This document shows positions 15,045-23,783 of a DNA stretch of 39,734 nucleotides, in pieces. The notes below the pieces were generated by a model. It had not been told where the DNA came from and searched no databases. It saw only the letters and a program-made list of their open reading frames with translations. The stretch is from a virus. Location of the stretch: the IMG/VR virus record IMGVR_UViG_3300045988_020504, positions 1 through 39,734 of that record, one strand, 5' to 3'. The position numbers were made by a program, and so were the translations under genes. Numbering within the stretch: position 1 is the first letter of the stretch; the number at the start of each line of letters is the position of its first letter.

Positions 15045-15217
15045 CGCCGAACGAGGTTGCCCAGCTTCGCACTATGGCGGAAATGAATCGCCGGTTGCGC
15101 CGGGAAAATGAGCATCTGCGGGAATCCCTTTTGCTGGAATCGAAGGAAAGCAAGGCGTTTGACGATGAGAACGTGGAGCTTTTCGACGTAGTCCACAAGA
15201 ACCACGACAGGAGGTGA
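15041..15217 (+). CDS. Small coiled-coil protein
   Basis: ATGA overlap start; 58 aa, MTPNEVAQLRTMAEMNRRLRRENEHLRESL... Confidence 0.55.
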   Translation: MTPNEVAQLRTMAEMNRRLRRENEHLRESLLLESKESKAFDDENVELFDVVHKNHDRR

Positions 15218-15221
15218 GGAT

Positions 15222-15455
15222 ATGGCAAGCAGGAATAAACCCATGGATGCCCGGTGGGAGCCGGTGCCGGAGAACCGGAAGCCGTTCGATATCAGGAAAT
15301 GCGTTTTCCGCGTTCTCCCATATGCGGGGCTGAATCTGGTGCTTTTCTGGTGGCAACAGGCCGATTTGCTGGCAGACAGGGCGGCAGTTCCCGCAATGTG
15401 GGTGTGCGCTATCCTGATGGGCGCCGGTATCGGGCGTTGCATCAGAGGGCGATAA
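15222..15455 (+). CDS. Small membrane protein
   Basis: AGGAGGTGAGG RBS; 77 aa with two hydrophobic segments. Confidence 0.6.
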   Translation: MASRNKPMDARWEPVPENRKPFDIRKCVFRVLPYAGLNLVLFWWQQADLLADRAAVPAMWVCAILMGAGIGRCIRGR

Positions 15456-15458
15456 AAA

Positions 15459-15490
15459 GCCGTCCCCGATGTTACAGCACCGGGGACGGC
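15459..15490. other. Perfect 10-bp GC hairpin (GCCGTCCCCG / CGGGGACGGC) whose T-tract lies on the minus strand
   Basis: Read directly from the sequence. TAAAAA lies upstream on the + strand, so a terminator signature exists only for antisense transcription. Confidence 0.4.
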
Positions 15491-15552
15491 AAGACACAGA
15501 GATAACGAACATAGTCGCATTTACAGTATATCAAATGGAGAAAGGAAAGTCA

Positions 15553-15768
15553 ATGGACGTTTTTGATAGCATGGAGCCGTGGCGGCAGGCTGAACAGTTG
15601 GCGGCGGATGCCGACTTTCGGGAATCGGTACTCCCGAAGTGCGCCAGGTGCGGATATCCCATCACAGACAGCAAACTGGTATATATCCCGGCGCATGATG
15701 AGTTCTACTGCCTGGATTGCATCGATTCCATGACGGAGTTCAACGAGGAAGCGGAGGTGGAGGAATAA
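15553..15768 (+). CDS. Small zinc-ribbon protein (alternative start 15535)
   Basis: GGAGAAAGGAAAG RBS. CARCGYP...YCLDC is a CxxC pair. Confidence 0.6.
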   Translation: MDVFDSMEPWRQAEQLAADADFRESVLPKCARCGYPITDSKLVYIPAHDEFYCLDCIDSMTEFNEEAEVEE

Positions 15769-16139
15769 TGGAGGACGGAATCGTCGTCAGCGAATCAGAA
15801 AGATTCGAGGATATCTACATTAGGCCGTACAATCGAGTCAATGTTCCGGCTGTCAGTTTCCCGAATAATAAGAGGCGCGTTGCCTACATTAACGCTCTTG
15901 CTTCAAAGTTTTGGACCGGCGAAAACACTGTTGGGATAAAAGTAAGCAAGAACTACGTCGTTTTTATTCCGCAAAAAATTGGTAGAACATTAAAAATCAA
16001 CAAAGTTGGTGGTGGCTTTTATATCAGCATAGGTAGCTTATGCGGAATTGTTCCCCCCGGGGCAACATACCGGGCATATCCGTACAAAGGCGGTATCGCT
16101 ATAAAACGGTTTGAGCCGTTGCAGGAGGATGAAGAATGA
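15768..16139 (+). CDS. Hypothetical early protein
   Basis: TAATG overlap and GGAGGTGGAGG upstream; 123 aa. Confidence 0.6.
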   Translation: MEDGIVVSESERFEDIYIRPYNRVNVPAVSFPNNKRRVAYINALASKFWTGENTVGIKVSKNYVVFIPQKIGRTLKINKVGGGFYISIGSLCGIVPPGATYRAYPYKGGIAIKRFEPLQEDEE

Positions 16140-17071
16140 TACGGAAAATTCCAACCGCGACCATGAGCAAAGAGGAGTGGACAGCGCTGCGCTCTACCAC
16201 CATTGGTGGTTCGGATGCCGCCGCCATCCTGGGGCTGAACCCGTACAAGTCACCGTATGCCCTGTGGGCGGAGAAAACCGGGAAGGTCATCCCGGAGGAT
16301 ATTTCCCAGAAAGAGGCGGTACGCCTCGGCACGGACTTGGAGGAATACGTAGCAAAGCGGTTCACAGAAGCTACCGGGAAAAAGGTGCGCCGGGAGAACT
16401 ACACCGTATTCCGGGACGATATGCCCTACGCCCACGCCAACTACGACCGACTGGTCATTGGGGAACGGGCAGGATTAGAGATCAAGACCACGAACGCGCT
16501 CCACTTGAGCAAATTCAAGAACGGCGAGTTCCCGGCTACTTACTACGCGCAATGCTGCCATTACTTGCTTGTGTCCGGCCTTGATCGCTGGTATCTGGCG
16601 GTTCTGGTTCTGGGCATTGACTTCAAGGTGTTCGTCATCGAGCGGGACGAAGCAGAGCTGGAAGCCCTGAAAGAGGCGGAAGAAAGCTTCTGGGAGAACG
16701 TACAGAGCGAAACGCCCCCGGCCATTGACGGCATGGATTCCACCATTGACGCCCTGAACGCAGAGTTCCCGGCCAGCGATCCGGGCACCGAAATGGATTT
16801 GACCGGCTGCGCCGTTGATTTGGCGATCATGGACGAATGCAGCCAGCAGATCAAGGCGCTGGAAGAAAAGAAAGCAACCGCTCAGGCGCGTATCATGGAG
16901 GCCATGGGAACCGCCGAGCGGGGCGGATACGGGAGTTACAGCGTCATATGGAAGACGCAGAAGCGCTCCACATTCGATAGAAAGAAGTGGGAGAAAGACC
17001 ATGGAGAAATCCAACAGAACTATTTCAAATCTTCGGAAAGCAGAACTTTCCGGTTCAAAAAGGAGGTGTAA
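16136..17071 (+). CDS. YqaJ-type (lambda Exo-like, PD-(D/E)xK) recombination exonuclease
   Basis: IGGSDAAAILGLNPYKSPYALWAEKTG...GLEIKTT are YqaJ-domain motifs. Synteny with RecT supports the call. Confidence 0.85.
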   Translation: MIRKIPTATMSKEEWTALRSTTIGGSDAAAILGLNPYKSPYALWAEKTGKVIPEDISQKEAVRLGTDLEEYVAKRFTEATGKKVRRENYTVFRDDMPYAHANYDRLVIGERAGLEIKTTNALHLSKFKNGEFPATYYAQCCHYLLVSGLDRWYLAVLVLGIDFKVFVIERDEAELEALKEAEESFWENVQSETPPAIDGMDSTIDALNAEFPASDPGTEMDLTGCAVDLAIMDECSQQIKALEEKKATAQARIMEAMGTAERGGYGSYSVIWKTQKRSTFDRKKWEKDHGEIQQNYFKSSESRTFRFKKEV

Positions 17072-17074
17072 AGT

Positions 17075-17545
17075 ATGGGAAAATATACACACGGGAAATC
17101 AAACACGAGATTGTACGGAATCTGGACGGGCATGAAGACTAGGTGCTATGACAAGAGGTGCGATAAGTATTACAGGTACGGAGCAAGGGGGATTTCGCTT
17201 TGTGATGACTGGGCGAGAGACTTTTCCACTTTCTATGACTGGGCGGTTGCTAACGGATACTCCGACAATCTGACGATTGACCGTATCGATAACGACGGGA
17301 ATTACTGCCCAGAGAATTGCCGATGGATAACAGCTGCTGAGCAAGCGGCGAACAAATCTACTAACCACCGCGTTTCGCACGCTGGTCAGACCCACACTAT
17401 CGCTGAATGGGCAAGAATTACGGGGTTAGACAGAGCGCTTTTAAAGGATAGGATTGTCCGCTATGGGTGGGAACCAGAAAGGGCGCTTACTACTCCGGCA
17501 AGGCCACATAAAAAATACGAATATGCCAACAGGAGGGCAATTTAA
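17075..17545 (+). CDS. Free-standing HNH/AP2-like homing endonuclease
   Basis: YGIWTGMKTRCYD...YRYGARGISLCDDW..F..FYDWAVANGYSDNLTIDRIDNDGNYCPENCRWIT is the phage HNH-3/AP2-type pattern. Confidence 0.75.
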   Translation: MGKYTHGKSNTRLYGIWTGMKTRCYDKRCDKYYRYGARGISLCDDWARDFSTFYDWAVANGYSDNLTIDRIDNDGNYCPENCRWITAAEQAANKSTNHRVSHAGQTHTIAEWARITGLDRALLKDRIVRYGWEPERALTTPARPHKKYEYANRRAI

Positions 17546-18417
17546 TGGCAAACATAATTCAGAATCAGGTACAGAAGCAAACACCCGCTGCGGCTGCTCA
17601 GCAGTCCATTGGCGCAATGCTCAACACATTCCTCGACCGGGACGGTATGCGGAAACGCTTTGACGAGCTGCTTGGCAAGCGCGCCCCCCAGTTTGTTTCT
17701 TCCATCGTCTCGATGGTGAATGCGGATAAGAATATGCAGCAGGCATTTATGGAAAGTCCCATGACCGTTATCCAGTCCGCATTGAAGGCTGCAACGTTTG
17801 ACCTGCCCATCGACCAGAACTTGGGATATGCCTATATCGTCCCATTCAAGAACTACAAGAAGGACACCGGAACAAAAAAGATGGAGGCGACCTTCATTCT
17901 TGGCTGGAAGGGTATGCACCAGTTGGCGCTTCGCACCGGCGCATACAAGACCATCAACGTGGTGGATATCCGCAAGGGTGAGCTGAAAAGCTACAATCGC
18001 CTGACAGAAGAAGTTGTGGTTGACTTCATCGAGGATGAAGCAGAGCGGGAGAAATTGCCGGTTATCGGCTATGTCGGCTACTATCGACTTGTGAATGGCG
18101 CGGAGAAGACCATTTACATGAGCAAGGCGACCATTGAAGCCCACGAGCGGAAGTTCCGCAAGGGCGAGTATCAGGGAAAGGGCTGGCGTGATGATTGGGA
18201 CGCCATGGCGCGGAAAACCGTATACCGTCAGCTCATTGGTAAGTGGGGCGTTATGTCCATCGATTATCAGACCCGCGACGAAGGGAAGCAGCTGGCCGAT
18301 GTTATGGCGGATGATTCCAAAGCGGAAGACGGGCTGATCGGCATTATTGATACCGACATTGTGACCGATCAGGACACCGGCGAGGTGACTTCTCAGGAGG
18401 CAGCGGAGAATGCTTAA
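17545..18417 (+). CDS. recT: RecT-family single-strand annealing protein
   Basis: 290 aa with LGYAYIVPFKN and an EAHERKF-type core. It is adjacent to the exonuclease and SSB. Confidence 0.85.
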   Translation: MANIIQNQVQKQTPAAAAQQSIGAMLNTFLDRDGMRKRFDELLGKRAPQFVSSIVSMVNADKNMQQAFMESPMTVIQSALKAATFDLPIDQNLGYAYIVPFKNYKKDTGTKKMEATFILGWKGMHQLALRTGAYKTINVVDIRKGELKSYNRLTEEVVVDFIEDEAEREKLPVIGYVGYYRLVNGAEKTIYMSKATIEAHERKFRKGEYQGKGWRDDWDAMARKTVYRQLIGKWGVMSIDYQTRDEGKQLADVMADDSKAEDGLIGIIDTDIVTDQDTGEVTSQEAAENA

Positions 18418-18853
18418 CACCATCACCATTGCCGGACGCATGGTGCGAGACCCGGAGCTTCGCAGAACCAATTCCGGCAAGGCTGCTACCAGCTTCACCT
18501 TGGCGGTTGACCGGGATTTTAAGAACCAGCAGACCGGCGAGAAAGAAGTGGATTTCCTGGACTGCACCGCCTTTGGAGCCGCCGGGGAGAACGCCGCCAA
18601 GTACTTCCGAAAAGGCCAGATGGCCATAGTAACGGGCAGATTGCAAATCCGGCAGTATACCGACAAGAACGGCCAGAAGCGCCGTCAGGCGGAGATTCTT
18701 GTGAGCAACGTCTATTTCTGCGGAAGCAAGGAAAGCGGCACTCAGGCCAGCTCTGGGGCTGGCAACGGATACAGCACACCGGCGTATCAGGCTCCCGCCC
18801 CTGCGGCGAACTTCGCGGAGCTGGATGGAGAGGACGAACAATTGCCGTTCTAG
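18410..18853 (+). CDS. ssb: Single-stranded DNA-binding protein
   Basis: OB-fold N-terminus (ITIAGRMVRDPELRRTNSGKAATSFTLAV), a Gly/Pro-rich linker and the acidic tip EDEQLPF. Confidence 0.92.
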   Translation: MLNTITIAGRMVRDPELRRTNSGKAATSFTLAVDRDFKNQQTGEKEVDFLDCTAFGAAGENAAKYFRKGQMAIVTGRLQIRQYTDKNGQKRRQAEILVSNVYFCGSKESGTQASSGAGNGYSTPAYQAPAPAANFAELDGEDEQLPF

Positions 18854-18956
18854 GCCGGAAAAATCAATCTTTCCTCAAAAAGATTGACAGTATAGTTTGC
18901 ATTTCCCCTTGGCTGGGGGAGGTGAAACCGCCAACTCCAAAGGAAGGAGCGAAAAC

Positions 18957-19382
18957 GTGACTATTGAATTTACGATTCCAGGCGTTCCGCAAGGGAAGGA
19001 GCGCCCCCGCTTCACCCAGAACGGTGCGACATACACCCCAAAGAAAACGAAAGACTATGAAAAGCTGGTGGCATGGGCATACCAGTGCGAAGCCCACGGG
19101 GCAAAGTTCGCCGGCACTGTCCGGGTTGACATTGCGGCAATCTACCCCGTTCCCCATTCGTGGAGCAAGCGCAGGCAGGCCGAAGCGATTGACAATCGGA
19201 TTCTCCCCATGGTGAAACCCGACTGGGACAACATAGGCAAGATCGTGTGTGACGCCCTGAACGGTATCGCCTACAAGGATGATGCAGCTATCACAGACGC
19301 CACAGTCTGCAAGCGGTACGGCACCCGCCCATGCGTGGCGGTTCGTCTCACCGGAGAGGAGGCACCCCGTGACACAGTGTGA
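18957..19382 (+). CDS. rusA: RusA-family Holliday junction resolvase
   Basis: GTG start lies 7 nt after AGGAAGGAG. It has FTIPGVPQGKERPRF...PDWDNIGKIVCDALNGIAYKDD. Confidence 0.85.
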   Translation: MTIEFTIPGVPQGKERPRFTQNGATYTPKKTKDYEKLVAWAYQCEAHGAKFAGTVRVDIAAIYPVPHSWSKRRQAEAIDNRILPMVKPDWDNIGKIVCDALNGIAYKDDAAITDATVCKRYGTRPCVAVRLTGEEAPRDTV

Positions 19383-19593
19383 GCGTATCCTGCGGCATTT
19401 ACAGGATTATGGAAGTATCACCCAGGCCGAGGCTGTTACCGAGTACGGCTGTTACCGTCTGGGGGCTAGAATCTGGGACTTGAGAGCTCAGGGCGTTCCC
19501 ATCAAGAGCGAAACCGTCACCGGGAAGAACCGATACGGGGAGCGGACGTGTTTTGCGCGGTATTCGCTGGAACACTCAAACGAAGCGAGGTAG
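19369..19593 (+). CDS. Winged-helix DNA-binding protein (HTH_39-like)
   Basis: GTG start after GGAGAGGAGG. It has ILRHLQDYGSITQAEAVTEYGCYRLGARIWDLRAQG. Confidence 0.65.
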   Translation: MTQCERILRHLQDYGSITQAEAVTEYGCYRLGARIWDLRAQGVPIKSETVTGKNRYGERTCFARYSLEHSNEAR

Positions 19594-19596
19594 CAT

Positions 19597-20487
19597 ATGG
19601 CAATCAAAAGCGGACTTGATTTCTTTCCGCTTGATGTTTGCTTGGACAAGAAATTTGAACTGATAGAAGCAGAATATGGCTTGACAGGATTTGGTGTAAT
19701 TGTTCACTTGCTGCAAGAGATATACGGCAAGGAGGGTTATTACATTGAATGGACAGAGGAGGTTGCGCTTTTGTTCGCCCGAAGATGCGGGCTGGGTGGG
19801 AGCGTCGTTTCCGAAATAATAGAGGCTTCTATCAGACGAGGGATGTTCGACAAAGAGATATATGACAAGTACCACGTTCTGACTTCACGGGGAATTCAGA
19901 AGCGGTACTTCGAGGCAGTCAGCCGCCGTAAAAGTCTTGAAGTCGATTACAACATCCTTCTGGTCGAGTGCGCCCAAATTTGCCCCAATGTAAACATTTC
20001 AAGCAGAAATGTCAACATTTTCTCAAAAAATGCTGACATCCGAAGACATAGTAGAGTAGAGGAGAGTAGAGTAGAGAAAAGTAGAGTAAAGGAGAGTATA
20101 GGCGCGGAGCCGGACACCGCCTCCACGCCGCCGGTGTGCCAGATCATGCTGAATGATAAATCCCTTTACCCTGTTTTTCAGGCTGACGTGGACAAATGGG
20201 CAGAACTCTACCCCGCCGTTGATATCCTGGCAGAGCTTCGGAAAATGGCCGGGTGGTGTGACGCCAACCCGTCCAAGCGGAAAACCAAGGGCGGGGTACA
20301 GCGGTTTATCAACGGCTGGCTTGCCAAAGAGCAGGACAGGGGCCGCGCTGGGTCAGCACCACCGGTTAGGCGCTATGGAAAGCCTGATATTCCAAAAGGC
20401 GCGTCCGGCGAGCTGGGGGACGCTGAGCTGGAAGCCATACGGCAGGTTCTGGCGGCGGGCGCAGATGAAAGAAGGGATGCGTTATGA
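19597..20487 (+). CDS. Replisome organiser / replication initiation protein (DUF4373, Lin1244-like N-terminus)
   Basis: FFPLDVCLDKKFELIEAEYGLTGFGVIVHLLQEIYGKEGYY matches the DUF4373 pattern. DNA iterons are embedded mid-gene. Confidence 0.8.
   Translation: MAIKSGLDFFPLDVCLDKKFELIEAEYGLTGFGVIVHLLQEIYGKEGYYIEWTEEVALLFARRCGLGGSVVSEIIEASIRRGMFDKEIYDKYHVLTSRGIQKRYFEAVSRRKSLEVDYNILLVECAQICPNVNISSRNVNIFSKNADIRRHSRVEESRVEKSRVKESIGAEPDTASTPPVCQIMLNDKSLYPVFQADVDKWAELYPAVDILAELRKMAGWCDANPSKRKTKGGVQRFINGWLAKEQDRGRAGSAPPVRRYGKPDIPKGASGELGDAELEAIRQVLAAGADERRDAL
19987..20100. repeat. Putative origin of replication: three AAATGT(N2)ACATT-type dyads followed by 3.3 copies of a 15-bp iteron GTAGAGTAGAGGAGA
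   Basis: Dyads lie at 19987-19999, 20007-20020 (perfect palindrome) and 20028-20040. Iterons lie at 20051-65, 20066-80 and 20081-95, with a partial copy at 20096-100. All sit inside the replisome-organiser ORF. Confidence 0.65.
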
Positions 20488-20798
20488 GAGAAAAACCCGG
20501 CCAGTGCAGCGATTCGGGAAGCCCCTTTTGCAGGAACTGCACGCGGGACGATTGCCCCACCAACGGGGACGGCTGCAAGGCATGGGAAACGTATTTCATC
20601 GATAACTGGAACAAAAACATCATGAAACTATGGAAAAACCACAAAAAACAACGCCAATTTTTCCGGTACGAACACCCGGATTTGGTGAGAGAGGGGATTG
20701 TTTTTGAGCATGAGCAAGGCGAAAATGTACGGCTGTCTCAGGCCGGTGAAGCGGAATTGCACCCCGCCCCGGTGGGGAAAAGTCCCTCGGGGGAATAA
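20484..20798 (+). CDS. Hypothetical Cys-rich protein
   Basis: ATGA overlap; 104 aa. Confidence 0.6.
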   Translation: MREKPGQCSDSGSPFCRNCTRDDCPTNGDGCKAWETYFIDNWNKNIMKLWKNHKKQRQFFRYEHPDLVREGIVFEHEQGENVRLSQAGEAELHPAPVGKSPSGE

Positions 20799-20831
20799 AG
20801 GAAAACAGAACAGAAAGGAAATGAAATTAAA

Positions 20832-21269
20832 ATGGCAAATATTGTGGGACTGGATTTGAACATCGATCAGGATTATTTGGCGGAAGCGGTAAAGCAAACC
20901 GTTATGATGGGAATTTCGGAATCCTTGAACGGGAAAAACGAAATCGTGAGCCAAATCGTAAAAATGGTTTTGTCTACGAAAGTTGATAAAACCGGAAAAA
21001 TTTCCAACTATGATAGAGATAATAAATATACATTGTTGGAGTTCTATGTGAGAAGTGCGATTGAGGAAATCACCCGTGATGAGTTACAGGCACTTGTAAA
21101 CGAACGCAAACCGGAAATTACACAGGCAATCAGAGCGGAGCTGGCTAAAAAAGTTAATTACACAAAATTTGTCGATAGCTTTTTTACGGGCGTGGAAAGT
21201 GCACTGAGCGATACGTGGGTGCCGAAGATCAACGTAGAGTTTGATAAGAGAAATGAAGGTGACTACTAA
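20832..21269 (+). CDS. Hypothetical protein (AT-richer segment)
   Basis: 145-aa ORF. No motif recognised. Confidence 0.6.
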   Translation: MANIVGLDLNIDQDYLAEAVKQTVMMGISESLNGKNEIVSQIVKMVLSTKVDKTGKISNYDRDNKYTLLEFYVRSAIEEITRDELQALVNERKPEITQAIRAELAKKVNYTKFVDSFFTGVESALSDTWVPKINVEFDKRNEGDY

Positions 21270-21271
21270 AA

Positions 21272-21937
21272 ATGCGAGTTTTGATAGCCTGCGAGGAATC
21301 GCAAACCGTGTGCAAGGCGTTCCGGGCGCTGGGGCATGAGGCATATTCTTGCGACATCCAGGAGCCGTCCGGCGGGAAACCTGAATGGCACATTCTTGGT
21401 GATGCCCTGAAAGCCCTCGAGGGCGGCACAATCGTCACCATGGACGGACAGGTGCATGATATTGGGCGGTGGGATTTGCTAATTGCACATCCGCCGTGTA
21501 CATACCTGACGTCGGCCAGCGCGATACGCCTTTTTAATCGCGATCATACGGTGAAAGACTGGAACAGAGAGCGGCTTGGATGGGAAGCGCGGCGCTTCTT
21601 CTTGCAACTGCTGTCTTCCGGGGTTGAAAGAATCGTTGTGGAAAATCCGTGTCCGCTCCGGTGGTTCAACTTGCCCGAGTACGACCAGATCATCGAGCCG
21701 TATATGTTCGGAGACCCGTGGAAAAAGCGGACGTGCCTCTGGCTGCGAAACGTCCCACCGCTGATTCCGACAAACATCGTGAAACCTGAGGGACTATGGG
21801 TCGGCAGCGCCTCCGGGAGGGAGCACAGTACGGGCAGGGTAAAATCTGAGTACACCCTGAAATCAAACCGGGACAGTAAAACCCGCGCTAAGACCTTCCC
21901 CGGTATTGCAAAAGCTATGGCGGAACAGTGGGGATAG
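21272..21937 (+). CDS. DNA (cytosine-5) methyltransferase-like protein, compact form
   Basis: PPC motif (LLIAHPPCTYLT), ENP/ENV-like motif (IVVENPC) and a C-terminal TFPGIAKAMAEQW. The N-terminal ACEESQ replaces the canonical FxGxG, and no obvious target-recognition domain is present. Confidence 0.55.
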   Translation: MRVLIACEESQTVCKAFRALGHEAYSCDIQEPSGGKPEWHILGDALKALEGGTIVTMDGQVHDIGRWDLLIAHPPCTYLTSASAIRLFNRDHTVKDWNRERLGWEARRFFLQLLSSGVERIVVENPCPLRWFNLPEYDQIIEPYMFGDPWKKRTCLWLRNVPPLIPTNIVKPEGLWVGSASGREHSTGRVKSEYTLKSNRDSKTRAKTFPGIAKAMAEQWG

Positions 21938-21950
21938 AAACGAGGTAAAA

Positions 21951-22387
21951 ATGAACAAAGCACTGTTAAGCAGCGTAAAAATGGGCTGGCGAACGCCGAA
22001 AGACTTTTTTCGGGAACTGGATCAGGAATTCCATTTTGGCTTAGATGCCGCCGCTACACCAGAGAACGCCAAGTGCAGATGTTTTTTTCACCCCTGAAAT
22101 GAACGGCCTTTCCCTGCCTTGGAGCGGATACGGAGCCGTGTTCTGCAATCCGCCATATGGCCGGGAGATCGGGAAATGGGTTCAAAAGGCATATTCTGAA
22201 CATGTCCGTTGGGGGGGCGACAATCGTCATGCTGATTCCGGCACGGACGGACACAAGCTATTTCCACGATTGCATATACGGAAAAGCGGAAATTCGATTT
22301 CTGCGTGGGCGGTTAAAATTTGAAGATGAAAACGGGGAGGCAATGAACCCAGCACCGTTTCCGTCTATGGTAGTGATTTTTAGATAG
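21951..22387 (+). pseudogene. Phage Dam-type N6-adenine DNA methyltransferase interrupted by two +1 frameshifts at homopolymers
   Basis: Three consecutive frames read MNKALLSSVKMGWRTPKDFFRELDQEFHFGLDAAATPENAKC / FFTPEMNGLSLPWSGYGAVFCNPPYGREIGKWVQKAYSEH / GGATIVMLIPARTDTSYFHDCIYGKAEIRFLRGRLKF. The breaks are at T7 (22082-22088) and G7 (22211-22217). Confidence 0.8.
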
Positions 22388-22426
22388 CAGATAAGCCCGG
22401 GGCAACCCGGGCGGGAAGGAGATAAC

Positions 22427-22627
22427 ATGGAATGTCGGAACTGCGACTGGTATAAAGCAAAGAACTGCAAGCGTCAGTGTATGCTACTCCCCGGCGACAT
22501 GACCTGCGGGGACTGTGCTCATATTGATTGGTGCGGAAAAGTGTATGGGGTTAAGCCGGAACGCACGTCTTGCCATTTTGAGCCAATCAGATTCAAGGCC
22601 AAGGAAAAGGAGTTAAACCATGGATGA
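22427..22627 (+). CDS. Small Cys-rich protein
   Basis: 66 aa with CRNC...C..QC...CGDC...C. Confidence 0.6.
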   Translation: MECRNCDWYKAKNCKRQCMLLPGDMTCGDCAHIDWCGKVYGVKPERTSCHFEPIRFKAKEKELNHG

Positions 22628-22877
22628 AATCAAACTGAAGCCCTGCCCGTTTTGCGGCGGTAAGGCAGAGTATATAATCAACAGCAACTACGAACGTCGC
22701 ACAACGCATGGATGGCAATTTGGCATCAAGTGTACTAACTGCATGATTGAACTGCCTATGAGAGATTTCATTGTAACGGTGGACTTGGAATCGGATGGGG
22801 AAATTACGTTTGCCAAAGACGATCGTAAAAAGGCCGCCGATATGTGGAACCGGAGGGCTGAAAATGGCAACGGTTAA
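22620..22877 (+). CDS. Lar-family restriction alleviation protein
   Basis: LKPCPFCGG...IKCTNC...AADMWNRRA matches the Lar_restr_allev pattern. Confidence 0.75.
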   Translation: MDEIKLKPCPFCGGKAEYIINSNYERRTTHGWQFGIKCTNCMIELPMRDFIVTVDLESDGEITFAKDDRKKAADMWNRRAENGNG

Positions 22878-23079
22878 GTGTGCGCTGGGCAAGCGAGGGC
22901 GCCCGTCTCACGAATGGAACGACGGCAAGAAAGACCGTATCTACTGCCTCGGATGGGTTGACCCGATGACGGATTACCCGCTACCGGAATGCTTGGCTTG
23001 CCCCGATTTTGCCGACAAGGCGCAGGATGACTTGGAGAAATTTTATGGGAGGGCTGAAAATGAAGGCACTGAAATGTGA
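22864..23079 (+). CDS. Small hypothetical protein
   Basis: ATG follows GGAGGG; 71 aa. Confidence 0.55.
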   Translation: MATVKCALGKRGRPSHEWNDGKKDRIYCLGWVDPMTDYPLPECLACPDFADKAQDDLEKFYGRAENEGTEM

Positions 23080-23266
23080 TTGCTGCGGACGCCTATATGA
23101 GCATTATGACGGTAGGAAGGCGTTCCCTAAGTCACAATCAAATTCTATCGAGTTGAGAGACACCGATATTGAAAGGAAATACTGGCAACGGGATCGTTTT
23201 GACCTGTGTTCTTCTTGCATGATGAAGCTCGAGGCCTTTTTGTACAGGGGTGCTGACAATGGCTAA
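23060..23266 (+). CDS. Small zinc-ribbon-like protein
   Basis: ATG follows GGAGGG; 68 aa with CDCCG...CSSC. Confidence 0.55.
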   Translation: MKALKCDCCGRLYEHYDGRKAFPKSQSNSIELRDTDIERKYWQRDRFDLCSSCMMKLEAFLYRGADNG

Positions 23267-23783
23267 AGCGGTACTTATCAGCATCCGCCCGAAGTGGGTG
23301 GATAAGATTTTGAACGGAGAAAAGACACTGGAAGTCAGAAAGACCCGTCCAAATATGGAAATGCCTTTTAAGGTTTACATTTATTGCACTGCCGGAAACC
23401 TGAGCTACAAAGTTAACGGCGGGATGGTATGCAATGTGAGCGGTGGGAAAATGGTTGCCGGGGAGTTCACATGTGACAACATAGCAACGTACAACTACGA
23501 TTACTGCCCGCACCCGGAAATCGGAATGGATTACGACTGCGGTGATAGTTGGTGGGAGATTGCCGACGAGGATTTGAAATCTGCATGTCTGGCAGAGAAA
23601 GAATTTCGGTATTATGCGTTCGGAAGGGAGGCAATGTACGGCTGGCATATCTCCGACCTGAAAATATACGATCAGCCGAAACAGCTGAGCGAATTCAAGG
23701 GGTTGCGGAAAACGAAATTTGGATATGAGCCTGTTAAAATCAAACGCCCACCCCAAAGCTGGTGCTATGTGGAGGAACAGTAA
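23259..23783 (+). CDS. ASCH (PUA-like) domain protein
   Basis: ISIRPKWVDKILNGEKTLEVRKTRP is the typical ASCH N-terminus. Confidence 0.7.
   Translation: MAKAVLISIRPKWVDKILNGEKTLEVRKTRPNMEMPFKVYIYCTAGNLSYKVNGGMVCNVSGGKMVAGEFTCDNIATYNYDYCPHPEIGMDYDCGDSWWEIADEDLKSACLAEKEFRYYAFGREAMYGWHISDLKIYDQPKQLSEFKGLRKTKFGYEPVKIKRPPQSWCYVEEQ

Noticed and set aside
18854-18956. TTGACA at 18886-18891 with the nearby hairpin TCAATCTTT/AAAGATTGA as a promoter upstream of rusA
   Set aside because: No acceptable -10 lies at 16-18 nt spacing; TATAGT abuts the -35. The feature is too weak to call.
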